NCBI GenBank assembly: GCA_046861395.1
Contig: JBHHUC010000002.1
Coordinates: forward strand, 1 to 64,000
DNA: 64,000 bases
DNA from: Fidelibacterota bacterium
GTDB taxonomy: Bacteria > Fidelibacterota > Marinisomatia > Marinisomatales > JABMOV01
Reading direction: 5' to 3'
The translations under genes were made by a program, and so were the position numbers. This document shows positions 39,072 through 48,283 of the stretch, one piece after another; the first letter of the stretch is position 1; each line of letters begins with the position of its first letter. Below the pieces are notes generated by a model. It saw only the letters and a program-made list of their open reading frames with translations. It searched no databases and had not been told where the DNA came from.

Positions 39072-42000
39072 GAAACGTCAACTCCTTTCTCATGATGTTT
39101 CATTTCCCAGGCACGCCAGATGTAGTACACGGTGGGAATAACCACCAGGGTCAGTATGGTTGAAGTAATCATTCCGCCCACCATGGGTGCCGCAATGCGT
39201 TTCATGACCTGGGAACCGGTTCCAGCTCCCCACAGGATGGGGATTAAACCGGCCATGATGGCTGTTACCGTCATCATCTTGGGCCGTACCCGTTCCACAG
39301 CCCCTTCCATGACGGCATCGTATAAATCTGACAGTGATTTCATTTTCCCATTGTCCTTCCGATAGAAATAGGAATGATCTAGGTAGATTAGCATAATGAC
39401 ACCGGTTTCGGCAGCAACACCTGCCAGGGCGATAAATCCGACACCCACGGCAACACTCATGTTATATCCCAGAATGTACATGAACCAGATTCCTCCCACC
39501 AATGCGAACGGCAGGGACAGCATGACAATGATACTTTCCGTAATATTCTTGAAATTGAAATACAGCAGAAGGAAAATAATGACCAGGGTAATGGGTATGA
39601 CCAGTTTCAGTCGTTTATTGGCCCGTTCCATGTATTCGTACTGACCGCTCCAGACAATGGAATATCCGGCGGGAATCTGTACTTCTTCTTCCAGGACCTG
39701 TTTGGCACGCTTGACATAGGTTCCTACATCGATGCCTGCCAAATCCACGTAAATCCAACCGGTCATACGGGCGTTTTCGCTCTTGATCACCGGCGCACCC
39801 TTTTTGATGCGAATATCGGCGACCTGGGAAATGGGAATCTGGGCGCCCGTGGGTGTGGGGATAATGACGCGTTTCAGCTTTTCAATATTATCCCGCAGTT
39901 CCCGACTGTAACGAACATTGACCGGATACCGTTCCAGACCTTCCACCGTATAGGTCACATTCATGCCACCTACTGCGGATTGAATGATATCTTGAATGTC
40001 ACCGACCGTCAAACCGTAGCGTCCCGCTTCTTCCCGGTTAATTTCGAAATCCAGGAAATTTCCGCCGGTTACCTTATCGGCATAGGCACTCAGGGTGCCG
40101 GGGATCTTCTGTACCACAGCCTGAATTTGTCCGCCCAGAGCGTTCAGCGAATCCAGGTTGGAACCCATCACTTTAATCCCTACCGGTGTTTTGATCCCAG
40201 TACTAAGCATATCAATCCGGGTCTTGATGGGCATGGTCCAGGCATTGGTCAGGCCGGGAAACTGAATGGCGTTATTCAGTTCGGTGGTTAATTCCTCAAT
40301 GGTTACCACACGGTTTTCCGGCCAGAAATATTCCAGCGGAGTGCTCAGGAAATCGGGGAGTGACCAGTCAGAATAGAATCGATCGACACGTTTTCTTTTG
40401 GGCCACATTTCGATGGGTTTGAGGGTGATGGTTGTTTCAATCATGCTCAACGGTGCCGGATCGGTGGCCGATTCGGCCCGGCCGATTTTTCCGAATACAC
40501 GTTCCACCTCCGGGAATGTCTTAATGATCCGGTCTGTTTGTTGCAGAATTTCTCGAGCCTTGGTAATGGAAATACCAGGGTCCGTGGTAGGCATATAGAG
40601 CAGATCACCTTCATTCAGGGGCGGCATGAATTCCGATCCGATATGTTCCAGCGGATAGACTGAAATGGCAATGGCTGCCAGACCGGCAATCAGGGTTGTC
40701 TTGCGGAAATGCAGGACAAAACGAATGACAGGTCGGTATATTCTGATGAGAAATCGGTTGATAGGATTTTTTTCTTCGGGCATGATTTTTCCGCGCACGA
40801 AGTACCCCATCAGGACCGGCACAATGGTAATGGCCAGTATTGCCGAGGCTGCCATGGAATACGTCTTGGTAAATGCCAGGGGCCGGAATAAGCGACCTTC
40901 CTGAGCCTGGAGCGTAAACACCGGCATGAATGAAACCGTGATGATGAGCAGGGAATAGAACAGGGCCGGACCCACTTCCTTGGAGGCATCCAGAATGACT
41001 TTCCAGTGATCCACCTTCCCCTTGTTGCGCTCAATATGTTTATGTGCATTCTCAATCATGACAATGGCCGCGTCCACCATCGCCCCGATGGCAATGGCAA
41101 TACCTCCCAGCGACATGATATTGGCATTGATTCCCTGATAGCGCATGACCAGAAATGCCATGAGGATACCCACCGGAAGGGTGAATATGGCCACAAAGGC
41201 ACTGCGGAAATGAAGCAGGAAGAGAATACAGACCAGAGATACGACAATACTTTCTTCCAACAGTTTGTCTTTCAGATTATCAATGGCGCGCTCAATCAGG
41301 AGGGAGCGGTCATAGGCCGGTTTAATCGTCACCCCTTCCGGTAAACCTATTTTCAGATCTTCAATTTTTTCCCGGACTTTATGGATGACTTTCAGGGCAT
41401 TTTCACCGTAACGCATCACAATAATGCCACCCACCGTTTCACCGATACCGTCCCGCTCGGCTAGTCCCCGGCGCAGTTCAGGTCCCAGATGAATATTAGC
41501 GACATTCTTCAATAAGATCGGTGTGCCGTTGTCATCTACTTTGAGGGGAATATTTTCCAGGTCCGTCAGGGATTTGATGTATCCCAGACCGCGGACCATG
41601 TATTCCGTTTCCGACATTTCTACCAGACGGCCACCCACATCATTATTGCTGCGTTTGATGGCCATTTTCACATGATTCAGGGGAATGTTGTAGGCCAGCA
41701 GCTTATTGGGATCCACTTCCACCTGATACTGTTTCACGAAACCGCCGATGCTGGCGACTTCCGAAACACCGGGCACCGACATGAGTTCGTAGCGCAGATA
41801 GAAGTCCTGAATGGAACGCAATTCCTGGAGATCGTGGTTATCCGATTCCACCGTGTATTCATAGACCCAACCCACGCCGGTGGCATCGGGGCCTAATTGC
41901 GGTGTCACACCTTGGGGCAGTCGCCCGGATACGAAATTCAGATATTCCAGCACCCGGCTTCGAGCCCAATATATATCCGTCCCGTCTTCAAAGATGATGT

Positions 42001-42280
42001 ATACAAAGGATATCCCGAAGAAGGAATACCCCCGCACCACTTTGGCGTATGGGACGGAAAGCATGGCGGTGGTCAGAGGATAGGTAATCTGATCCTCCAC
42101 CACCTGCGGGGCCTGCCCCGGATAATTGGTCTGAATAATGACCTGAACATCGCTCAGGTCGGGAATGGCGTCCAGCGATGTGGTGGACATGGCCAGAAAC
42201 CCTCCCAGGATGATGAAGACCATGGCCAGGATCACGAGGAAGCGATTGTTTATGGACCATTCTATAATTTTTTCAATCAT
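39068..42280 (-). CDS. cusA: CusA/SilA heavy-metal efflux RND permease
   Basis: LDAIPDLSDVQV, GPDATGVGWV, GAMVDAAIVM, EFMPPLNEG, DPAPLSMIET, ERVRPKMMT. Confidence 0.96.
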   Translation of the reverse strand: MIEKIIEWSINNRFLVILAMVFIILGGFLAMSTTSLDAIPDLSDVQVIIQTNYPGQAPQVVEDQITYPLTTAMLSVPYAKVVRGYSFFGISFVYIIFEDGTDIYWARSRVLEYLNFVSGRLPQGVTPQLGPDATGVGWVYEYTVESDNHDLQELRSIQDFYLRYELMSVPGVSEVASIGGFVKQYQVEVDPNKLLAYNIPLNHVKMAIKRSNNDVGGRLVEMSETEYMVRGLGYIKSLTDLENIPLKVDDNGTPILLKNVANIHLGPELRRGLAERDGIGETVGGIIVMRYGENALKVIHKVREKIEDLKIGLPEGVTIKPAYDRSLLIERAIDNLKDKLLEESIVVSLVCILFLLHFRSAFVAIFTLPVGILMAFLVMRYQGINANIMSLGGIAIAIGAMVDAAIVMIENAHKHIERNKGKVDHWKVILDASKEVGPALFYSLLIITVSFMPVFTLQAQEGRLFRPLAFTKTYSMAASAILAITIVPVLMGYFVRGKIMPEEKNPINRFLIRIYRPVIRFVLHFRKTTLIAGLAAIAISVYPLEHIGSEFMPPLNEGDLLYMPTTDPGISITKAREILQQTDRIIKTFPEVERVFGKIGRAESATDPAPLSMIETTITLKPIEMWPKRKRVDRFYSDWSLPDFLSTPLEYFWPENRVVTIEELTTELNNAIQFPGLTNAWTMPIKTRIDMLSTGIKTPVGIKVMGSNLDSLNALGGQIQAVVQKIPGTLSAYADKVTGGNFLDFEINREEAGRYGLTVGDIQDIIQSAVGGMNVTYTVEGLERYPVNVRYSRELRDNIEKLKRVIIPTPTGAQIPISQVADIRIKKGAPVIKSENARMTGWIYVDLAGIDVGTYVKRAKQVLEEEVQIPAGYSIVWSGQYEYMERANKRLKLVIPITLVIIFLLLYFNFKNITESIIVMLSLPFALVGGIWFMYILGYNMSVAVGVGFIALAGVAAETGVIMLIYLDHSYFYRKDNGKMKSLSDLYDAVMEGAVERVRPKMMTVTAIMAGLIPILWGAGTGSQVMKRIAAPMVGGMITSTILTLVVIPTVYYIWRAWEMKHHEKGVDVS

Positions 42281-42293
42281 GATATCCCCCGCC

Positions 42294-44144
42294 TTAATCT
42301 GTTACGGATGTTGTGGACATGGCCTTCAGGTTCATCCCGCATTCGGGGCATTTACCCGGTTCGTCCATCACAACATAGGTGTGTTCCGGCATGGGACAAG
42401 TGTACCAGGTGGTATTCTCATCCACCGGAACCGTCTTTTTCACCAAGGCCATGCCGCATTGGGGACAATCACCGGCTTCAGCCATTTTAACAAAGGAATG
42501 GGCTTCCATGGGACAGGTGTAATATGTCAATTCATCACCCATCACCGTTCCGAAGGGGACGGCGGGCATGTCATGATTATGATTATTATCGTGCGTTTTT
42601 TCCACGTCCATCTGCATCGGCTGATCCATGTTCATGTCCATCTGCATTGACTTGTCCATGTTCATCTTCATGGGTTTATCCATGTCCATTTCAGATTCCG
42701 ATGCGCTGGGCTCCGGTTCTTCCTGGGACTGGCCCGCCTTGCGGTTGGCCAGCATCTTGGCGATGCCTTCCTGGAGGCGGCTTTCTGAATCCAGCAGGAA
42801 CTGTCCGGACAGAACAATGGTTTCGCCCGGCTTCAGGCCGTCTCTGATTTCATAATAATGGTCACCGGACTGGATGCCCACCGTTATATCACGAGGTGCA
42901 AATCGTCCGCCACCCAGGGCCACAAACAGCAGGGTTCTTTCGCCGGAGAACAGGACGGCTTCCTGCGGTACGGCCACGACATTTTTCACCGGCTCGGCTT
43001 GGATCGTTACATTGGCGTACATCCCCGGCTTCAGACGAAGATCCTCATTATCCACCACCAGCCGGACCTTGATGGTGCGGCTTTTGGTTTCAAGGATGGG
43101 ATAGATATAATCCACGATACCTTCAAAGGATTCACCCGGAAAGTAGGGTAACGTCACCGTGGCCCGCTGTCCCTGGGCAATCCAGGGAAGTTCCGATTCA
43201 TAGATTCTGGCCTGAATCCAAACCTGAGACAGGTCGGCCAGGGTATAGAGCGTCATGCCCGGTTTGACTTCCATGCCGTCAAGAACGTGTTTCGTAATGA
43301 CAAAACCGTCATAGGGCGACTGGATAACCAGGGTTTTACTGATTTTACCCGTTTCTTCCAATACTTTGATTTGTTCACTGGAAATATCATAGTATTCCAG
43401 TCGGGTCCGGGCCGAATTGAGAATATTTTCCATATTGCGCCGCAGGACAGAATCACTGGAAGCCGGCAATATCTGGAGATTATGGTAAGCATCCAGGTAC
43501 TCATCCTGAGCCGTCACCAGCTGGGGACTGTAAATTTCCAGCAATTGCTGTCCCCGAACGACTTTCTCACCGGTGGTGGCAACAAATGTTCTTTCCACCC
43601 AGCCAGATATCTTGGTATGAATATGGGAAACGCGTTTTTCATCCGTTTCTACCTCGGCAAAGGTACGAATCGCAAGCGATAGATCACGCCGTTCCACCTT
43701 GGCTGTACGGACGCCCATATTCTGTTCCGTAACGGGATTGATTTTTACCGTACTGCCGAATGCCTCTTCACCTTCATAGACGGGAATCAAATCCATACCC
43801 ATGGGGGATTTCCCCGGTTTGGGACTGATGTAGGACGGATCCATGGGCGCCTGCCAATAGAGAATTTTCTTTTCCCCGGAAGAAGAGGACGCTGACGAAC
43901 CGCCGGTAGCAGCAGCTGTTTCGCCGGGACCGTTCAGCGGATTGAGGCGCATGCCGCAAATGGGACAGTCACCGGGACCCTCCTGGATGACATTGGGGTG
44001 CATTCCGCAGGTGTAGAGTTCCTTGCTGGCCGCATCCGCCTGAGCGGTGGCCTGATCTTCCGATGATCCACACCCCGCAACCCCCAGAGCGAAGATAATA
44101 ATTATACCGATCACTAGATTTTTCGTTATGATTAATTTTTTCAT
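42294..44144 (-). CDS. cusB: CusB-type periplasmic adaptor lipoprotein with extra heavy-metal-binding domains
   Basis: Lipobox VAGC; YTCGMHP; YWQAPMDP..PGKSPMGMDL; YSPQL; LKPGMY; SGQFLLDSES; two C-terminal CPMxxH domains; ATG 44144. Confidence 0.92.
   Translation of the reverse strand: MKKLIITKNLVIGIIIIFALGVAGCGSSEDQATAQADAASKELYTCGMHPNVIQEGPGDCPICGMRLNPLNGPGETAAATGGSSASSSSGEKKILYWQAPMDPSYISPKPGKSPMGMDLIPVYEGEEAFGSTVKINPVTEQNMGVRTAKVERRDLSLAIRTFAEVETDEKRVSHIHTKISGWVERTFVATTGEKVVRGQQLLEIYSPQLVTAQDEYLDAYHNLQILPASSDSVLRRNMENILNSARTRLEYYDISSEQIKVLEETGKISKTLVIQSPYDGFVITKHVLDGMEVKPGMTLYTLADLSQVWIQARIYESELPWIAQGQRATVTLPYFPGESFEGIVDYIYPILETKSRTIKVRLVVDNEDLRLKPGMYANVTIQAEPVKNVVAVPQEAVLFSGERTLLFVALGGGRFAPRDITVGIQSGDHYYEIRDGLKPGETIVLSGQFLLDSESRLQEGIAKMLANRKAGQSQEEPEPSASESEMDMDKPMKMNMDKSMQMDMNMDQPMQMDVEKTHDNNHNHDMPAVPFGTVMGDELTYYTCPMEAHSFVKMAEAGDCPQCGMALVKKTVPVDENTTWYTCPMPEHTYVVMDEPGKCPECGMNLKAMSTTSVTD
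42606..42690. repeat. Imperfect tandem repeat encoding the Met-rich CusB linker
   Basis: GTCCATCTGCAT at 42606 and 42636; TCCATGTTCAT at 42625 and 42655 (30-bp period); encodes MDMDKPMKMNMDKSMQMDMNMDQPMQMD. Confidence 0.7.
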
Positions 44145-44145
44145 G

Positions 44146-45408
44146 TTATCCCTCAATGTTTAACAGTCCGACAACTTTTCGCAGATTTGCTTCTCCGATA
44201 CGCTGTTCCATAAGAACCCGCTCATATTCCAGTTTCAGTGTGACGGTCATCCGTTCACTGTCCAATAAATCAAGAAAACTGATTTTACCCGTTTTATAGG
44301 CGGCATAGGCTGAAGACAGCATCTGTTCCGCTTCCGGTAACAACCGGTTTTCATACAGGGCCACCGTTTCATCGGTCTGGGCCAGAGCGGCCAGAATGGT
44401 TTCAATCCGCTCCGTGACTTTATTGCCCACATCAACAGTCGTGATCTGACTGGCTTCTTCCGTCTGCCGGGCAGATTCTACCCGTGCCTTATTGCGTCCC
44501 AGCCATAACGGCAGGTTGAGGCCGATCTTAACCCCCAGGGCATTTTTACCGGCGGCGACGGCACCGGGCAAATCGGTCGGTCCTACCACCGTATAGGTCA
44601 CACCGGCCACCAGATCGGGAAGGTTTTGTTTTTCACTGAGTTCCCGGGTGACGGTGGCAATTTCCTTCTTGATCAGAGAGGATTGGAGCAGAGGATTGGA
44701 AGTCGTTGCGGCGGCAACCCAGCCGGCAAGAGGTTCTTCCTCCCGTGGCGGCCAGTTCAGCGATGCCAGACGGACCGTGTCCACCGGTTCATTAAAGAGA
44801 CGTGTCAGGGATTCCAACACAGCGACCTTTTTTCCCATAAGATCATTGGTTTTGGCCTCCACCCGCGTCTGCTCAATCTGCAATTTCAAAATGGGGTGCT
44901 GGGTCAATCCCTGCCCGGTGGAATACTGGGTCAGAGCCACATTGCGAAACGATTCCAGTTCGGCACGATAGCCGTTCAGAATATTCAGCGATCGGGTAAT
45001 CTGAACGTATTGGGCAAATCGCGTTTCAAACTGGTTAATAATGGACAGCCGCACCTGTCTGGCATTTTGACGGGCCAGTTCACGATTCAGGACCGCGATT
45101 TTTTCCTGGCGACTGAGTTTCCCCCAGAGCGGAAATTTTTGTCCCAGCATAAGCTGGTTTTCGATGGGGCCATTCCGTGTTTCCACGGGGGCCAGGGCAG
45201 TAGAAAATTCGAATTTGGGATCCGGCAGTGTTCCGGCCACCTTGATGGCCGCTTCCCGGGCAGCAATCTGCCGATCGGCAATACGCACTTCCGGATTTGT
45301 TGTCAGCAGGGTGTTTAATTCCTGGTCCCAGTCTGAAATCTGCGCCCCGACGACCGAGATCAACAGACTGACCAACATTATATTTCTATTAAAATTGTAA
45401 GTAAACAA
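44146..45408 (-). CDS. cusC: TolC-family outer-membrane efflux protein (CusC role)
   Basis: LPDP, QKFPLWGK, LNLPLW, YKTGKISFLDLLDSER; TTG start with GGAG SD. Confidence 0.88.
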   Translation of the reverse strand: MFTYNFNRNIMLVSLLISVVGAQISDWDQELNTLLTTNPEVRIADRQIAAREAAIKVAGTLPDPKFEFSTALAPVETRNGPIENQLMLGQKFPLWGKLSRQEKIAVLNRELARQNARQVRLSIINQFETRFAQYVQITRSLNILNGYRAELESFRNVALTQYSTGQGLTQHPILKLQIEQTRVEAKTNDLMGKKVAVLESLTRLFNEPVDTVRLASLNWPPREEEPLAGWVAAATTSNPLLQSSLIKKEIATVTRELSEKQNLPDLVAGVTYTVVGPTDLPGAVAAGKNALGVKIGLNLPLWLGRNKARVESARQTEEASQITTVDVGNKVTERIETILAALAQTDETVALYENRLLPEAEQMLSSAYAAYKTGKISFLDLLDSERMTVTLKLEYERVLMEQRIGEANLRKVVGLLNIEG

Positions 45409-45410
45409 AT

Positions 45411-45507
45411 TTATTCTCCAATTTGGTGAGTGAACTGAACAATTCCATTGAGGATTTATTCAATAAGGTACACCGGGTTAACGGCAGGTGCTAAGCCGGG
45501 AGAATAA
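45411..45507 (-). promoter_or_regulatory. Putative SD/anti-SD pairing in the cusC leader
   Basis: On the mRNA strand UUAUUCUCC (45507-45499), 2 nt after the leader stop, is perfectly complementary to GGAGAAUAA (45419-45411), which contains the cusC SD. Confidence 0.6.
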
Positions 45508-45509
45508 TG

Positions 45510-45869
45510 CTATATTAAAAGAGGACGATTAAAGGCAGGAGGTGCATGGGGTAAAATTAAGTATTCCAGAACATAGGAAATATATGGTTCAATGGGAACA
45601 ACTACAACGTTATCAGCTGGAACCATATTCATTTCCTGGCTCACTTTTTGTTCCGTTTTGGTAAGGGGCACTACCACCAGGGGTAACAGTACCGGCGTAT
45701 CACATTCTGACATTTCCATGCTGCAGGCAGTAGCTTCACCCAACATGCACGTATCCATATTCTCTTCACAGCAACACAGGTCACAGGATTCCTGGGCACC
45801 CAGCATGGGCGCCGTCGTCGTCATGACGAGCAGAAACAGAGTTAATATGGATGTAATCTTACGAATCAT
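45510..45869 (-). CDS. Cys-rich exported leader protein with HAPP motif (functionally CruR/CutF-like candidate)
   Basis: Signal peptide MIRKITSILTLFLLV..., CDLCCC..C..C..C cluster, C-terminal LPHAPPAFNRPLLI; first gene of the cus operon. Confidence 0.65.
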   Translation of the reverse strand: MIRKITSILTLFLLVMTTTAPMLGAQESCDLCCCEENMDTCMLGEATACSMEMSECDTPVLLPLVVVPLTKTEQKVSQEMNMVPADNVVVVPIEPYISYVLEYLILPHAPPAFNRPLLI

Positions 45870-46258
45870 ACGCCGTAATATTAGTTTGCTTAGACAAAAG
45901 TTCCAATAAACGTTTCTTATAAAGTTATGATCCGAATTTATACTCATACCAATTATCGGACAATGACTCCGCAAGTTGAGAGTCCATACCACAGTCAACC
46001 AATCCAATGCCTACAGAACCTGATGAACATCGTCCGGGTTCCACACTATATTTATTCTAGAGAAACCAGTTGTGCCCATTAGAAGAAGTTTTTTGATAAA
46101 ACAGTTATGAGGCGGCTAATGATAAAGAATTATTCCTATTTTACTTCAAATTGCCGTATATGGAGTGGATTGAGCGTCTCAATCCATGCAGCAACACGGT
46201 CGATGCATTCCAATAATAATTTTCCTTGTTAATCTTTATAATACTTGCCCAAAATTAA

Positions 46259-47539
46259 GGTTCATCGCAATAACCCGTACCTAGATTCGTGCAACGAGTA
46301 GATCTTCAGTTTAAAATATTCCATATCCCTATAGCCATATGCTTTTCGTTTTAGGACTTTGATTTTATTATTCATTCCTTCCAAAGGCCCGGTTGATATG
46401 GGATACAAAAACCAGTTAAAGATATCCGTTCGATGCGCAAGCAACGTATGGGCATATTGTTTCAGTCGTGGTATCTCTGATGCCATGGCCTTAGCAACCC
46501 ATTGTCCCAAAATACTTTGGCGTGTTCAACAGAATCCTGTTGCCATAACAACTGTAATTCCTCTTTCAGGTAATAAGCGGTTACCAGAGGTTTATTAATC
46601 CTAAGCGCCTCCTCTAAACGGTTCTTCTGGTGGGGGGTGCTCACAGATGACCGATTCATCAATTACAGCCATCGTGTCCCCTTCAAGATATTTTTCTTAA
46701 GAGCACCTTTCTCCTGGTGAAATAATTCCCGTCTTATATCTTGAAGGTGGCGGTGGAGTATTTGTGTTATATGAAAACGATCAAACACAATCTTCGCTTG
46801 TGGAAGTTTCATTGTTACGGCATCAATATATGCCGGCCACATATCGGTTGCCACAGCTGGAATCTGGGCACGGGAGGCCTTGAGGCGTTTTAAAAAAGGG
46901 ACTAATGTGGACGCCGAACGTCCCTCACCAACATAGACTACGGACCCTGTGGTTAAATCCATAACCACCGTATAATAACGATGTCCTTTACGAACCGCAA
47001 ACTCATCAATGGCGATATATTTTAAATCTTTTAATCGGGGTGGCGAGAATATCTCTGCTGTAAATGGGTTTTGTCTATCGCTTTGATTAGCCCCCAACTC
47101 ACCTGAAAATATGCTGCCACATCCTGAACCGTGCCAAAAGATAATAAGGTTATGGCACATCGCTTAAATGCATGAGTAAATCGTTTTTTTATCCGCAAAC
47201 TTGATCTTCTCCTGACGAAGAACTCCGCATGAATTACAATACAATCGTTGTAGTGCTATCTTGATGAAAATAGGTTTCATCCCCACATTCACACTGCGAA
47301 ATATCCGAGGAATCGCCCCCTTCTTGATCACATCAGGGCTGCCACATACACTACAACGTAGCTTACTCGCTTTGGTCTTTACATGAAATATGATGGACCC
47401 CGATTTATATTCAGTTTTTATATAATGCTGATCCTTCAGGCCCAAGGCATGGTATATTAAACTGGTTGACATTGCTTTCCTCTCTTTTGGTGAAATTTAA
47501 ACATAAGGGACCGATAGGTACGCATTATTGTGATGAACC
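46259..47539 (-). mobile_element. ISL3-family insertion sequence, inactive
   Basis: 25-bp terminal inverted repeats matching 22/25 (GGTTCATCGCAATAACCCGTACCTA at 46259-46283; 47515-47539 in reverse); no clean target duplication. Confidence 0.88.
46262..47472 (-). pseudogene. ISL3 transposase pseudogene
   Basis: Fragments in several frames: CSVC/CNSC zinc finger, IAIDEFAVRKGHRY, DMWPAY, FDRFH, STGPLEGMNNKIKVLKRKAYGYRD; frameshifts plus in-frame TAA at 46665-46663. Confidence 0.9.
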
Positions 47540-47952
47540 TGAATTTATATGATTACAGTAGTGGCGTCTATTTCATCGAATTACGTACCCGCAAACAATC
47601 TTCCGTACGAAAACTGATGCTCGTGAAATAGAAAATGATTATGTAACCTCTTTTTTGTAGAAAGGATTAACAGGGTTTTTAACCAGTTCTCCTTCGACCC
47701 TACTTAGGTACATTCTACCTATGTCCAGTTGTCATGGATTCAGGATACAGCGACGATATTCCCTGAGTGCTTAAATTTTCCTGGACACGATCGGCGCTTA
47801 ACATAGCACCCCGTGATCTGATATACGATTTTTCATACATCAAACCTAACATATCGTCGCCCCTACATTCACCCACGGGCACAACCTGCGGAACTCTGTT
47901 CGTTGGGCTTATTAGTCATTAAACAAAAGTGACAAAGGAATAATAACAGGTG

Positions 47953-48027
47953 TCGAGGTGGAGGGATTCGAACCCCCGATCCCCTGCTCCCAAAGCAGGT
48001 GCGATAACCGGACTTCGCTACACCTCG
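47953..48027 (-). tRNA. tRNA-Pro(TGG)
   Basis: CGAGGTG/CACCTCG acceptor stem, CCTGC-ttTGGga-GCAGG anticodon arm, GGTTCGAATCC T-arm; CCA not encoded. Confidence 0.95.
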
Positions 48028-48042
48028 CAGGTGGTACTGAGG

Positions 48043-48117
48043 GGTGAGTGATGGGACTTGAACCCACGGCCTCCTGGGCCACAACCAGGTGCTCTAACCA
48101 GCTGAGCTACACCCACC
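48043..48117 (-). tRNA. tRNA-His(GTG)
   Basis: G-1 and C73, GTGGGTG/CACTCAC stem, CCTGG-ttGTGgc-CCAGG anticodon arm, GGTTCAAGTCC; CCA not encoded. Confidence 0.95.
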
Positions 48118-48283
48118 ATACGGCTCTTTTCCAGACGAAAAGAGCGGCGGAAATTAGGCGTTTCTTTCTTCCATCTCCAATGGAAATAGACTACCAGGTT
48201 TGTCCGGTTTCCACTGGCAGGTTATCGCACGAAACATAACATTACTTTGTTCCATCCCTTCCCTTCCATGAATAACTTTTGCC

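Noticed and set aside
47180..47195. Programmed frameshift at the A7 run of the ISL3 transposase
   Set aside because: Further frameshifts and an in-frame stop downstream show general decay.
47540..47952. Integrase gene or attL/attR duplication at tRNA-Pro
   Set aside because: There is no integrase-like ORF, and I saw no second copy of the tRNA 3' end in the window.
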